From Phoronis australis (lineage: Eukaryota; Animalia; Phoronida), in NCBI GenBank assembly GCA_002633005.1, contig NMRA01000273.1:377555-441554 (forward strand): DNA of 64,000 nucleotides, written 5' to 3'. A program made the position numbers and the translations under genes. Positions 41,101 through 50,031 of the stretch are shown here, in pieces; positions within the stretch are counted from its first letter, which is position 1; each line of letters opens with the position of its first letter. The notes under the pieces are model-generated. The model was given only the letters and a program-made list of their open reading frames with translations. It had not been told where the DNA came from and ran no database searches.

Positions 41101-44100
41101 AATGAAGCTGGCAACAGTTGGTAACAAGTTTCAGGCCAATGTTACTACCGCTGTGCCCCCTATAGTGACAAATTAATTTCTTTACGTATTGTGAAACAAT
41201 GCCGTTCTATTTTCAGATGGATTTGATGTATTTTAGCACCACCTTGTGCGCAAGTGGCCATTTTTAGTTTTTTAATCTGTTTTTCGGCATGTGCCTCTCT
41301 ATCTTGCCTACCGCTTAAATTACTATATTATGAAATTTAACTGATGTGTTCCTAATGATAAAACTGACTGACGCTGATATTGACTGAACCTGAGAACCGT
41401 GGCGTCCCCTAGTGGTGATTTTGTCTTCTATGCGTCATTACTGTATCTCCTTATAGTGTTCCCACAACGAATGTTTGCACTTATTGAGGTTTTAGACCGT
41501 GCATAATAATTCTACAACATAACATCTAACTAAAGAAACACTTATTTGGGGGAATAATTGGATAATTTTGAATTTGAAAGAAATATTGATGATTTTTTGG
41601 GTTTCCTGCCATGTGATGTCACCATGAGACGTTGACCAGTTGACAGCATATATGCAATGGCAGATGGTAGAGTTATGAGGACCTCAGAGAGCGACTTTGA
41701 CGAGTATTACTTAGGTGGAGGCGAAGATGGCACTCAGGCCATATGTGATACTGACAATAAGTAAGACCTGGCCATATCGGCAAAGTTTTTGTATGTGAGG
41801 ACATACAAACTCAACCCTTTCACACTGGCGTGTTCAGCAAGGGAAGCTGAGCTGGAGCCTATCGAGTCTGCGGACAGTCCCAATTTCAGAGCTGACATTT
41901 ATGGGTGGTAATTGCAGCCTTTTATTGAATCATGATTTAATTTTCTAATTGTATGTAATAAGTAAATGTCTCGGAACTGTAAATCTGTAACCAAAGTTTT
42001 TACCCCGAGTGTCAAAGCCCAGTTGCGTATGTAGCGACCACTAGATTTCATTTCTTCAAATCCTGAGTACGTTTTTCAGGAACGATGATCCAGTTATTGT
42101 AATTTTATTTCTGGTAGATACTCGGTTCTATCTTGTCTGCCCCAAATTTATGGAAGCTTTGTACCGTTGTGAGTTGTTGATTATATCGGTGCAGTGCCCT
42201 GACTGCCTCTGTGCTGGCTGCGGCCATGACCTTGAACTATTTACATGGCATCTACATTCCATTTTTACTGGGCATTGACAGATATGTGGATAGCATGCAT
42301 TCCCTCAAAATCTCGAACAATAACAGACCGACGAAAAAAACTTCGTGATCTCGGTCACAATATGATGCTGAGGCTAATACTCAATAATATGTGCTTGTCA
42401 ACCACGTTCCAGCTTTGGTACAATAAAATACATCATTTTTGTCCAACCCTGATGAAATGCACTCAGAGGTGGGAGATTAACTTGCAAATCTCCGTTTCTA
42501 TGACGGGTCGAATCAAAATTCTTCAAAGTGGCCCCTGAACCATTTGCTTGCTTCCGCGGCTGTGTACTGCCATACGAGGCAATCTTCGAATCTTTTGGGA
42601 ACAGAAAAACTGCAATGGTGTCTTACTTATTGCATTCTACACGCGAGCATACTCGTCTCAAACTCAGTCTCGAGCAATATTCGATTCTTTTCAACAGCTC
42701 CGGCTCACGACTGGTGTAGAACAACACAGTGGCGGAGATCGGAGTGCCACTGGTGGCGTCTCACAAATTTTCATTTTTTTAAACTTTGCGTTTATTTCTT
42801 GATTAAAAATACACAAGTTGAAGAAATACTTAAAATATCATACCAAAATTTTTGGTAACCAAATCCAAACATCTATGACCATGATATGAAGGGTTTAATA
42901 CTCCGTAGAATCTTCGTGAAGTTTTGCATGTGTTACTCCTTAAATGTAACTCAATGATGTTTGGATGGCTCTGACTTAACTACTGGGCCCCTAGTGGTAA
43001 TTTTTATTTGATTACATTATTTTGCTACTGTATCTTCAGAATTCTTCAACAGTTTATTTAAATTTTGAAAAAGACTATTGTGAAGACGACAGCAGCTTTC
43101 CATTTTCCGGAGATGGGTTTGACGTATTCTTCGCCACATAGTGGCGGAACGTGGTCATATTAACTTAATTAACAACAGGTGGGTGGGTCGGACTACCACT
43201 TGGCCTCAGTGTCACTTTGTTTTCCACATTCACCTCTCTAATCCTTGCCGTATTTTTATGAAATTTAGCAAATAATATAGCCTTCTTTTCGGGTGACAAC
43301 TGTGACCTTCCCGTTTGCAGACGTGTGCGATATATTCTGCGTCATCTAATCACCATTTCTGTGAACCTTATAAACACTCCCTAGCAACATACCCGCAGTG
43401 CAGTGCAGTCATGGGCGCATTTCAAATACTTCGCATTTTCTTATTATTAATTATTTATGAGTCTGTTTGCTTTCCTGCTGAGGAGGACAATCGGATGATG
43501 AGCCCGAGTACTGTGAAACCCCCTAGTTGCGTCTACGATTGTATCTCTTACGCCCCATTCAGGACCTTTGTGAGATTTTGCGATGTTTTTTAATGAGTGA
43601 GACAGATTACGACTTCTTTTGGATGGATCCAACTACCGCTATGCCCTTTAGTGGCAAATTTATTTTGGGGGGTCTGTATATTCAGAATTTACTAAGGTTT
43701 CAAATAGGAAGATGACAACACCTTCCCATTTTCGGTCGAACTCGACATTTTCTGCACTGCCTAGTTTCCATTTTTATGATACTAATAAACATCCCAAGAA
43801 GCATCCTTGGCGATGCTGTTATGGGTGCATTTTAATTGGATTGCTCTTGTTTATGTCTTTTGGTTTCATGAATCCTTTTTGAAGTTCAGTTTGTTGTCAC
43901 TTTTGCTTTCACGTAGATGAACGGCCATGTTCCCTATCACAAATTTGTTGAGTCTGCCGAGGGCACCGTTGAGTCGTCACTGGAGGACATGGAAGACAGT
44001 CAGAAGGATGAGGACAATGACCAAGTAACGTGCGCACAAGACTGCTTGCTGCATCCGTCCAGGCAATCAGATGACTTAGGCCGTGGACAACACCGTGTCT

Positions 44101-44234
44101 CAGCTACGGTTGAAATCTCTGACTCGACTGATACAGCAAAGGAATCTCAGCCAATGTTTACCACCTTCAGACCATGTGCGGTTACCTCAACCACCAACAG
44201 ACCTCACATAGCTCAGGATCAAGGAAGAGTATAG
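7988..44234 (+). CDS. PRTG-like: Gene A: protogenin-like Ig/FN3 cell-surface receptor, 16 coding exons in the window, 5'-incomplete
   Basis: Hand-spliced exons 7988-8141, 11747-12009, 13967-14113, 16128-16270, 17752-18013, 18779-18940, 21694-21903, 23682-23807, 24322-24501, 24889-25174, 28349-28476, 30723-30887, 33253-33402, 36857-36986, 37448-37577, 43917-44234. All are GT-AG with compatible phases (2954 nt; 2952 after the split first codon, one open frame). Architecture is 3 Ig + 5 FN3 + TM. FN1 'VMAYSYHY' and the TM 'MMGAIIGLGIGLGCLVICAFII' resemble protogenin/IGDCC proteins. Orthology is untested. Confidence 0.9.
8560..11590 (+). mobile_element. Cluster of Helentron-type non-autonomous (HINE-like) repeats with internal subrepeats
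   Basis: 5' hairpin GCCCAC...GTGGGC/GAGGGC followed by TGTCTGTCCG(TCC) at about 9105 and 10880. Recurrent modules CTGTATCTCC, TTCATGAAATTTGG and CCCCTAGTGGCAA. The layout matches DINE-1/HINE elements; no family was assigned. Confidence 0.7.
11747..12009 (+). CDS. Gene A exon: Ig second half plus next Ig first half
   Basis: tttcag| acceptor; YHFLMPSFLEIVNVTREDQGPYQCKLSN...PPHIVQGPVDQVVEVGDSITLTCAVQGFPRPTISWYID; |gtag donor, phase 1. Confidence 0.95.
13967..14113 (+). CDS. Gene A exon: Ig second half
   Basis: cttcag| acceptor; RSVKSPAVEYGQLQINNAQVNDSGIYLCKVEDDRLIEPLEASADVIVA (DxGxYxC motif); |gttag donor. Confidence 0.93.
15218..15817. repeat. 49-51-bp minisatellite, about 12 copies
   Basis: Unit TGTGAGAAAAAAGAACTTGACTTGYTTATCACATTATGTCCTACTAGTA with a variable A run. 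Confidence 0.95.
16128..16270 (+). CDS. Gene A exon: last Ig first half
   Basis: ttttag| acceptor; PPTFSQMPSFKRLVNKQKLVLRCSVAGGHPRPVVTWLKDGQTIPDAE; |gtaac donor. Confidence 0.95.
16910..17271 (-). mobile_element. Diverged inverted left-end fragment of the pogo/Tc2-like element
   Basis: Reverse complement aligns to about 19715-20045 (CCGGTCTCC..GGGTGAAAT..GCTAAGATTCATCAAATTTAC..CAAAACTGTGGTGCATTGCTATCA) and ends in GGCGAATACGG. Confidence 0.85.
17752..18013 (+). CDS. Gene A exon: last Ig second half plus FN3-1 first half
   Basis: gatag| acceptor; VYEDCLVLPQVFSQNKGYYQCVAKNVAG...PNPPRNLRATAVASRTINIEWDKSLPKPGVYVMAYSYHYYPTS; |gtatgt donor. Confidence 0.95.
18779..18940 (+). CDS. Gene A exon: FN3-1 second half
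   Basis: ttccag| acceptor; GPLLDDVRKADDPLKGEIVSLKPFTDYTIFAVAYSRYGSSESSVRIVVRTERE; |gtaagt donor. Confidence 0.95.
19096..19455 (-). mobile_element. RTE-X-like LINE 3' fragment
   Basis: RCSAHALMIEKGRH...SEYHFITECPFYGDLRKWYLP...PNVTKFNRLM resembles the C-terminal Cys/His region of RTE-X-type ORF2. It is followed by a GGGCCAGAGGCC hairpin and a (CA)/(TA) tail. Confidence 0.7.
19715..21093 (+). mobile_element. Complete non-autonomous pogo/Tc2-like DNA transposon (1379 bp)
   Basis: TA|CCGTATTCGCCGTAATAACCGCCCA ... TGGGCGGTTATTACGGCGAATACGG|TA: 25-bp perfect terminal inverted repeats (TIRs) with a TA target-site duplication (TSD). CpG-rich, no transposase ORF; a second copy lies at about 34055-35553. 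Confidence 0.92.
21694..21903 (+). CDS. Gene A exon: FN3-2 first half
   Basis: accag| acceptor; PIVLPEFDAISYGPESIKVLWHPLSPDQIPWDIIVHYVAHYRL...ECIIT; |gtgac donor. Confidence 0.92.
21985..22950 (+). mobile_element. HINE-like repeat, same family as 8560-11590
   Basis: CCCACACATTTAT..CTCTGTCTGGGCGTCCGGCATCTGCAGCTGTATCTCC start; 22620-22920 closely parallels 9720-10045. Confidence 0.75.
23682..23807 (+). CDS. Gene A exon: FN3-2 second half
   Basis: ttgtag| acceptor; LQPSQAYDVYVMAKTNLGISSSHCDIEGFKIVSTLSRAPPE; |gtgagt donor. Confidence 0.92.
24322..24501 (+). CDS. Gene A exon: FN3-3 first half
   Basis: ttgcag| acceptor; PHTPYIQVWSFSSTAVQVNWLQFTSHIQGFNLTLLKDGSVVNRVITLPPLASGHTFSGL; |gtaaag donor. 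Confidence 0.92.
24889..25174 (+). CDS. Gene A exon: FN3-3 second half plus FN3-4 first half
   Basis: tttcag| acceptor; PQSWYQVQVYAFTSRQTG...LPPPISVSVTARSNTSVRLVWTMAPSYSSSVDYFTISYRPV...; |gtgagt donor, phase 2. Confidence 0.93.
25460..26806 (+). mobile_element. Kolobok-like TTAA DNA transposon with a THAP-domain remnant, spanning the N gap
   Basis: TTAA|AAGGGGACTGTAG ... TTACAGTTCCCTT|TTAA termini. ATG at 25754 reads MPFCMAPGCSNSSKKASSKGMVIAYHR, which fits the THAP N-terminus pattern C-x4-C-x-N...(F/Y)HR. Confidence 0.75.
25896..26629. other. Assembly gap (734 N)
   Basis: Run of N inside the TTAA element. The flanking exons join in phase, so no constitutive exon needs to be hidden in it. 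Confidence 0.99.
28349..28476 (+). CDS. Gene A exon: FN3-4 second half (128 nt)
   Basis: ttgaag| acceptor; YGQEQKVKGLDSCTLYEFVVRSHGGLTAGAYGEPIQVRTLDD; |gtaatt donor. Joins in phase across the N gap. Confidence 0.92.
30468..30590. repeat. Degenerate (TAA/TAG/TGA)n trinucleotide microsatellite
   Basis: TAATAGTAATAATAGTAAT... grading into TAACGG/TGATAA units. Confidence 0.9.
30723..30887 (+). CDS. Gene A exon: FN3-5 first half (165 nt)
   Basis: tttcag| acceptor; ARPPSLKKAVSQGDSIYLFWNPPDQPCSRIMQYVVSYMNTKKSKPKNWTSLYVN; |gtattg donor. Confidence 0.92.
31600..33062 (+). mobile_element. HINE/Helitron-like repeat with four (GAT/GAC)n modules and an internal ~1.13-kb direct repeat
   Basis: ATGAAAGCGC.CCGAGGAGC.AA.CTTGGCGAAATTAAC at about 31613 and 32741, each followed by GATGAC tracts. 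Also CCGCCATCTTGGA and AAATTTTCGTGAAAATCGG motifs. Confidence 0.7.
33253..33402 (+). CDS. Gene A exon: FN3-5 second half plus Thr/Ser stalk
   Basis: tttcag| acceptor; TMHSTVIRKLEKGDYAICLQSVTMGGVGPPGLVTLVAVAVPITTTTSSA; |gtacgt donor. Confidence 0.88.
34055..35553 (+). mobile_element. Second copy of the pogo/Tc2-like element, left TIR missing, with a nested MITE
   Basis: Colinear and highly similar to about 19775-21093; intact right TIR plus TA at 35554-35555. Confidence 0.92.
34081..34233. mobile_element. About 150-bp MITE inserted in the pogo-like copy
   Basis: Absent from the first copy (AAACCCGGTCTCC). Arms CGTTCAGTAGACGCTAGGACCT / AGGTCCTAGCGTTACTGAACG, with GGC...GCC ends. Confidence 0.85.
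36857..36986 (+). CDS. Gene A exon: transmembrane segment
   Basis: ttgcag| acceptor; VTPGTGDRMKSTNFSQMMGAIIGLGIGLGCLVICAFIILCMKR; |gtaacc donor, phase 2. Confidence 0.93.
37448..37577 (+). CDS. Gene A exon: juxtamembrane cytoplasmic region
   Basis: ttgcag| acceptor; SRCCSSPSANHPHCAVKGGSVANEHCTHGDGLSQAGSLELVTK; |gtaaca donor; phase 2 to 0, as in the gene B counterpart. Confidence 0.82.
38234..39787. repeat. Perfect 32-bp tandem array, about 48.5 copies
   Basis: (ACCTTTGTCAGGTAAACATACAGAGCTGTCTT)n with no variant unit seen; begins right after a single N at 38233. Confidence 0.98.
40305..41450 (+). mobile_element. HINE-like repeat(s), left part
   Basis: Two 5' hairpins (TGTGCCCACAT..., TGCACCCACGTATATTTGGGTGCA) followed by the same CTGTATCTCC and CCCCTAGTGG modules. 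Confidence 0.72.
41451..42943. mobile_element. Decayed Kolobok-like insertion: THAP remnant on - strand, possible KolX-like remnant on + strand
   Basis: Interrupts the HINE at CTGTATCTCC|TTA and ends TTACTCC|TTAA. Minus strand 42650-42450 gives CSRVECNK*DTIAVFLFPKDSKI..VW...HL*VHF. Plus strand 41656-41907 is an acidic frame with one stop, ending W|gtaa. TIR match is weak. Confidence 0.45.
42945..43850 (+). mobile_element. HINE-like repeat, right part with 3' subterminal repeats
   Basis: Same modules as the other copies; 3' ATGGGCGCAT / ATGGGTGCAT at about 43411 and 43821 match the 5' hairpin arm. Confidence 0.65.
43917..44234 (+). CDS. Gene A terminal coding exon (acidic, low-complexity tail)
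   Basis: Long pyrimidine tract plus cgtag| acceptor, phase 0; MNGHVPYHKFVESAEG...AQDQGRV-stop; followed by T-rich UTR-like sequence. Confidence 0.8.
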   Translation: MNGHVPYHKFVESAEGTVESSLEDMEDSQKDEDNDQVTCAQDCLLHPSRQSDDLGRGQHRVSATVEISDSTDTAKESQPMFTTFRPCAVTSTTNRPHIAQDQGRV

Positions 44235-47200
44235 GTTATTGAGTAAACTGACTGTCAACTGCACATTGCTGACTAACTGTGGTGCAGATTACTGTGCCTG
44301 GTAACTTCTGACAACTGGTAGTCACAGTTTGTTAGAATTTTGTAATGTCACACCAGGTACATTGCACACTAGATTTTTGTGCCAGGTTTTTAAGCCGCCT
44401 GTGTTGGGCTCAGTCTGGCTGCCAAACTTTTTTGAACCACATGTGGATGCTGGCTGAGTTAGGATTTTCAAGCTTGGTTTGAACCTCCAGCATTTTGGTC
44501 AAACACTTACTTTAGGTTTATGATAACTTTGAACAGCATCACTGTAGTTTGATTACACTGAGCTATTATTGAACCGCTTGTGTTGATTGCTGATATTTGA
44601 AACTTAGAAGATCCTATAGTCATCCATGTTTATGTTTATCTCAAAAGTTGAGTGGAGGCACATGGTGATTTGAAGCACATGGTAGGGAGTCTTTATACCA
44701 CATCTGGTTTACCTCAAACAATTTTCAACCTCATATCCCTCAGGTTAAGATAGTGCAGAGATTTGGTATAATTAATAAAAAAACATTTTGTTCAGGACTA
44801 GGGCTACATTGAGACTTACTCCCTCTACATGAGTCATTTAGTGAATTGAGGAGTTTGACCGTGATCAGTTTTGTGCACAGTTTGTGTTATCGGGTATTTT
44901 TAGATGGCAAAGTATGATTAATATTGCTATTACTAAGAAATTTAATGTTTTTGTGTATCTATTTATATTATGTATTGTGTTTATTATGTAGAGGTGCCTT
45001 GGAGAAGGCTTCTCATCACTGATCTTGTTCTTTCTCCTCCTGAAAGTGCATTTTCTCAATCATTTCACTGGTCACGTCACACACAGATTTCATTTTATCA
45101 TTCAGTAGTATTGCCTGTAGGTACCGGTGTGCTGAGGAGTCACTACTACCCCACAGTCTGCCTCCCTATGGATATGCCTTCAAGGGGGCTGATGCCTTTT
45201 GAAGAGCTTTTTATTTACTGCAAGGTTATTTTGAACATTTTCAGTCTATTTGTGTAAAAATGAAATTAATAAACATAACAGTTTCTTGAACGGAACTTGC
45301 TACGAAGTGAGCAAATTCAGAACTGTCAACCAGTGTGAGTATTCTGTGTGTCTTCAGTTATGAGATCTGATATAATTGCTTAATGGTTGAGACTCTGACA
45401 GGTTTTCAATCTCTTGAGTCCTCTCGCATAACTATTTGTCAATTCAATGAACAATGGTGTCACACACAGGTAATAAAACCTAGGACCAATATGTATTGTA
45501 CTCCCAGATAAAACTAATACAACACTCATTCAGCTGCTGCAGACACTCCAGGATTGCATTGTGTGACTTGCTCACAAATTCACACCGGGAAGTGTAAAGA
45601 ATCGCCAATATTTTTTATCAACGTTGACTAAAAAGATCCAAAATCCATTTCAGAGCAAGTAAAATATATGCCAAATTTATCTTAAAAAAATGCAACAATC
45701 CCTTTGAGATGAAAAGCCAGTATTGCCAGGCTTGGCTGTCCCTCGATGACTCGGCCATTATTTTACCTCCGCCAGTTGGCCACACACTTTGCCTGCCTTC
45801 ATTATGTCAGAGTATTCCTGATTTATAATTACAGTTTTAACCTTTTGCTTTCGTGTTTGGTTTATTAACAAAACATCCAAAAATGCCTCCACGGTTTTCT
45901 TTTTTGTGGTCAGTGTTAGTTCAATTCACCTGTTTCAACAGAGTGTCATATATGTCTTGTTTCACGAGAAACTTATATCTGATGCCACCGATGACTATGG
46001 AAAACTGTTTTCTGCGTGTGTGTTGGCCTTCACTATGTTGACAAACTTGACTAGCAAGTTACTATTCTATGACGTGATACCTGCAGGTTGATGGCTAATA
46101 TGAAATTACAGACTCTCTCCTTCGGTCAATACTGCTTTTCGTTGGGATCCTAAAATATTGGTAATAATTGCTGCTGGTATTTATTGCATGATTATATCTA
46201 TCAAGTAATGTATGGAAAGTGGTTTTAATTTTAAATTGAATGTCTCTTAGCCAGCCAATCTGCTTTCAGGTTTTGTCACGTGATTTATTGAATACCTCGT
46301 AGGTATTTTCATAGAAAATTCAGGAAAGGTTCGGAATGAGTAAAGGACCAAATGTTTTGTTCTGGTATTGATACCAGGTTTGCCGTCATACAACTGCCAA
46401 TTAGGTTGAAGACAAATTGTTGACATCATTTTATTAGAAATTTAGAACTAGTAAGCTGTGACAATACTCTCGCCCAGTAAAAAGTTTTTGCTTAAATTTT
46501 CTGCAGTAGTGGTCTGAAGTAAACCTGGTTGGTCATGTCTGTTAGAAACAGTCATGTTCAAGGGGGCAGGGACATGTTTGCTCTGACTGACCTGCCGCTG
46601 GCATTCTATGTATTGTATTCTAGTCACTTCTACCTCAGACCTTTCTGGTAGTGTTCATAAAACTCTTCTCAGTGGAGTTTCGAAGTGAATCTTCTTCCTT
46701 GCCTTGACTCTTAGTGCCACAAACTCTCAGACTGCTACTTCTAACTAAGCTTTGCATTTGTTTTTAAACAAGCACATTGAACTTCATAATGTTATTTTCT
46801 TGACCTCTTCCTTATTTACAAAGTGTAGCAGAAGTCTGGCTCATCAACAAGAGGTCCTATTGACCCTTCTTGAACCGCCGGGTGAGTTTTAAGTTGCAAA
46901 TGCCTCTCTGTGCTTTTCAATGTTTTACTGGAAAGTTCTTTGGGGATTGGGGTGCGCATTCATGAAAAATCATCAGAATGATCTTGAATCCTGCTAATTT
47001 ATTTTTATTTGTGATGAAAGTTTGCCTGTTAAGGAGAAGTGGGTATAGTGTCTATGGTAATTTTGATAAGTTTATTGCCTCACTTGGGTTCCAGTGGTGC
47101 AAAACTACAAGTTTGTGCTCCAGGAGTGTTACGTGTACTTTGTTTCAAATTGTTCAGCAGCCCATTTGTCTAGAGTATGTTGACTTGGGAGACTTCAACA

Positions 47201-47706
47201 CATTTCAGGAGTTTAGACAGGAGGCTCATTTGGTAGTACTAGTACATTTGATGCAAATTTCGTCCAATTATTGTTGATGAAAAATTTTGAGCTATTGGAA
47301 TTTAACTATTCAATGTTCTTATAATTGTGATAGGTAGAAGAAGGTTTGGAATCACCAATTACGGTACAAAAAAAGAAAATTTTCCAAGTGATGTATTGTT
47401 CCACCAATAAATAGACTTATGTGACAGAAATATTTTTGTGTTGTAAAGTGTAATATAAATGTTTTTGCATAAATAAAGTAATGGTAAAGAAGAGACGAAA
47501 AAAGAGGTAACTGGAAATCAAATAAGATGAAATACTCTTAAAAGAGGAAAATTCCAAGCCCTGAAGAAGTGGCATTCGTTGCAGTTTTGGGCCTCCTTTT
47601 TGAAATTAACTATTGAAATGAGCAGTTCAAAGTCAACTTAAATGGTTGCTACGCACAGAAGTTAGAATCAGGTCATCTAGTGTCACCAACTGTGGAATCA
47701 GGTTTT

Positions 47707-47801
47707 GATTTTAAGTGAGACTTATCTCCCTCCATTGATTTGAAGTGAGACTTATCTCCCTCCATTGATTTGAAGTGAGACTTATCTCCCTCCATTGATT
47801 T
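47707..47801. repeat. 30-bp tandem repeat, 3 copies
   Basis: GATTTGAAGTGAGACTTATCTCCCTCCATT repeated three times. Confidence 0.95.
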
Positions 47802-48255
47802 ATGCACTTTGCATTGCCAGAGTAAATGTTATTTTATTGAATTATTTTATTACTGGTCTAGTCTAGTATGGGCTTGTTTGTATGAGCTTTTAGTTTTGTG
47901 TATTAAATTGACTTTGTACAGTGAATAGGTTAGTCGTTTTACAGGGGAATGTATTCAGTTGTGAAGAGTTGTAGGTGTCTCTCACTTCAGCCCGCCACCT
48001 TGGGAGTCAACAGTTATTGTGCACATTCACCGATATTTTTACACATTCACCGTTGGCTTAACATTTAGTGTTGTACATAGAAAACTATGTCTAGAGTTGC
48101 CCGTCGTTGTTGTCTAAATCAGTTTTCATCTTGAAAGGCAATACGGTTAAGGCGATGTGTAACATAACCACTTGTACTAATCGCACTATTTCATCATATA
48201 GGAAATTATGGCTTCTCATGATTTCAAACCAGTTTGCAGATGTTCTGATAACTTA

Positions 48256-48355
48256 CCGTACGCGTTCGGTTTACCGCCCTGGGCGCTTAAATTGGAAGTC
48301 TAAAAAACGGGGTGCGCGGTAAGCCAAGCATGGGCAATAGCCCAGACAACTACGG
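48256..48355. mobile_element. 100-bp pogo/Tc2-type MITE remnant
   Basis: TA|CCGTA...TACGG|TA; contains ACCGCCCTGGGCGCTTA, matching ACCGCCCAGGGCGCTTA at the left end of the 19715 element. Confidence 0.6.
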
Positions 48356-48807
48356 TAGTCAAATTGTTTTAGATTTCATTGCACTGCTCCTCTGGCACAC
48401 TTGATCACATATATTCTTAATTTGATTTTAGTTTGTCTTCCAATTTTCTGGCGTTATACTGATGTCAGTTATTAGTGCTATAACTGTTATTCAAAATATA
48501 ATTGTTGGAGCTTCTTTTAAAACAACAAATATAGAATTTGTAGTTGATTGAAATTTTTCAATTTTTTGAAGAATATTTTGGTGCTGAAAATGTTTAGGCT
48601 TCAAGCTTTTCAGTTTTCATTAATACAGTCGAAAAAGCTACAAGCAAATGTTACCAGTTTAAATTCGACTTTAATCAAGGATGTTGTTTTAGTAAACATT
48701 GTTCAATACACTTGAGAAGTGCTACATCCGATTAATTTGTGTTATTATGTCCCAGTGAATAGTTTATTTTCTAGTCTTGTGTATCATTGTATTTAATTAT
48801 ACATAAA

Positions 48808-48813
48808 AATAAA
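48808..48813 (+). terminator. Candidate distal poly(A) signal of gene A
   Basis: AATAAA at the end of the T-rich (+ strand) block. More proximal AATAAA hexamers occur at 45268, 45472, 47406 and 47472. Confidence 0.45.
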
Positions 48814-49038
48814 GCTTTCGTAAACTTGAATGTTACATGTATAATGATTATGACATGCTGTGCAAGTCAAGATCACAAATGTTCCTGTTGAGGTAAATGG
48901 TGAACTCTTGGTTTCCAAGGCGTTATGATGGTTATTTGCTGTGTTAAAGAACCAATGTGAACCATAGCATTAGTTTTCAAACTTGGCACAGCATGGGCCC
49001 AATAAAGATAGCAGATCTACAAGAATTGATCATACGTT

Positions 49039-49044
49039 TTTATT
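49039..49044 (-). terminator. Candidate distal poly(A) signal of gene B
   Basis: TTTATT on + (AATAAA on -) where the strand skew flips to A-rich on +. More proximal candidates occur at 51532 and 52946. Confidence 0.45.
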
Positions 49045-50031
49045 AAACACATAAAAGAAATTGCATCCTGAGAATAAAATAACATTGAGTGCAAAACTCA
49101 AGGCTCTAGACCATATAAATATTTTATATATAAATATGCGCATACATTATGAGGTAATACACGTCTACATTAACAACAATTTACAGACTGAATTGGTTAC
49201 TCTCCCCAGGATTTGGACGACTAGCAGAAGTGGTCACTTGGGACTTCAAAATATAACCATTTACACTGGAAGAATCGACACACCTACAAAGCTCATTAGT
49301 ATTTGAAACTTTTTCAAGAACTTGCCAGCATTACTATTAAGTCATAACTTGACAAACTGACTATGACCAGGGTCCGTGATCCAATCTCTGACTCCAGACT
49401 TGAAACTTAACCAGTCACGCTGCAAGATTCGAGTACAAATTTCCAAGTTTACTCGAAACGAACCATGCAATTGCACTTTTCAAGTTGAATTTCGAGTAGA
49501 GGCTGTACCCTGGGCTGAGGACTCGCATCTTGCTAATGACCGCAAACAAGACTGTTAAAAGTGACGCCACTCTGCAGTACTAAAATCGGAGGTAATTGGA
49601 GTATTCAACCCAATGCTGCACATATAAACTAACACCGAGTGGCGAAAATTTTGGTCATTTCCGACTTGCATGTGAATTAACCAAATACCAGTATTGTCAA
49701 ACGTATCGAACAAAAACGTCCAAGATAATCTCACGAAAAAACTCGAAGTCTGTAAAGTAAAATAATACAACCTGACGTTTCACAGAAACAAACACTGATA
49801 CGTCTTTGCCACAATTGGGGTCTACATAAAATCAGCCAGACGAACAATGCTTTTCAAATCAAAAAATTTTGATTAACAACAAATTCTAGCTAAAATTAAC
49901 TTTTTGGCCATTTGTGGTCTGATTTTGTGAGTTAAGGGAGTGTTCACATATTACGTCATCACTGGAGGGAAATGGAAAAGATGATTTATGACAGGGAGGG
50001 TGTGTTAACCTCGTGGTGATGTCTGTTACTA

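Noticed and set aside
41640-41910. Extra cytoplasmic exon(s) of gene A
   Set aside because: Available acceptors and donors do not give a phase 0-0 path, and there is an in-frame stop; a transposon gene remnant fits better.
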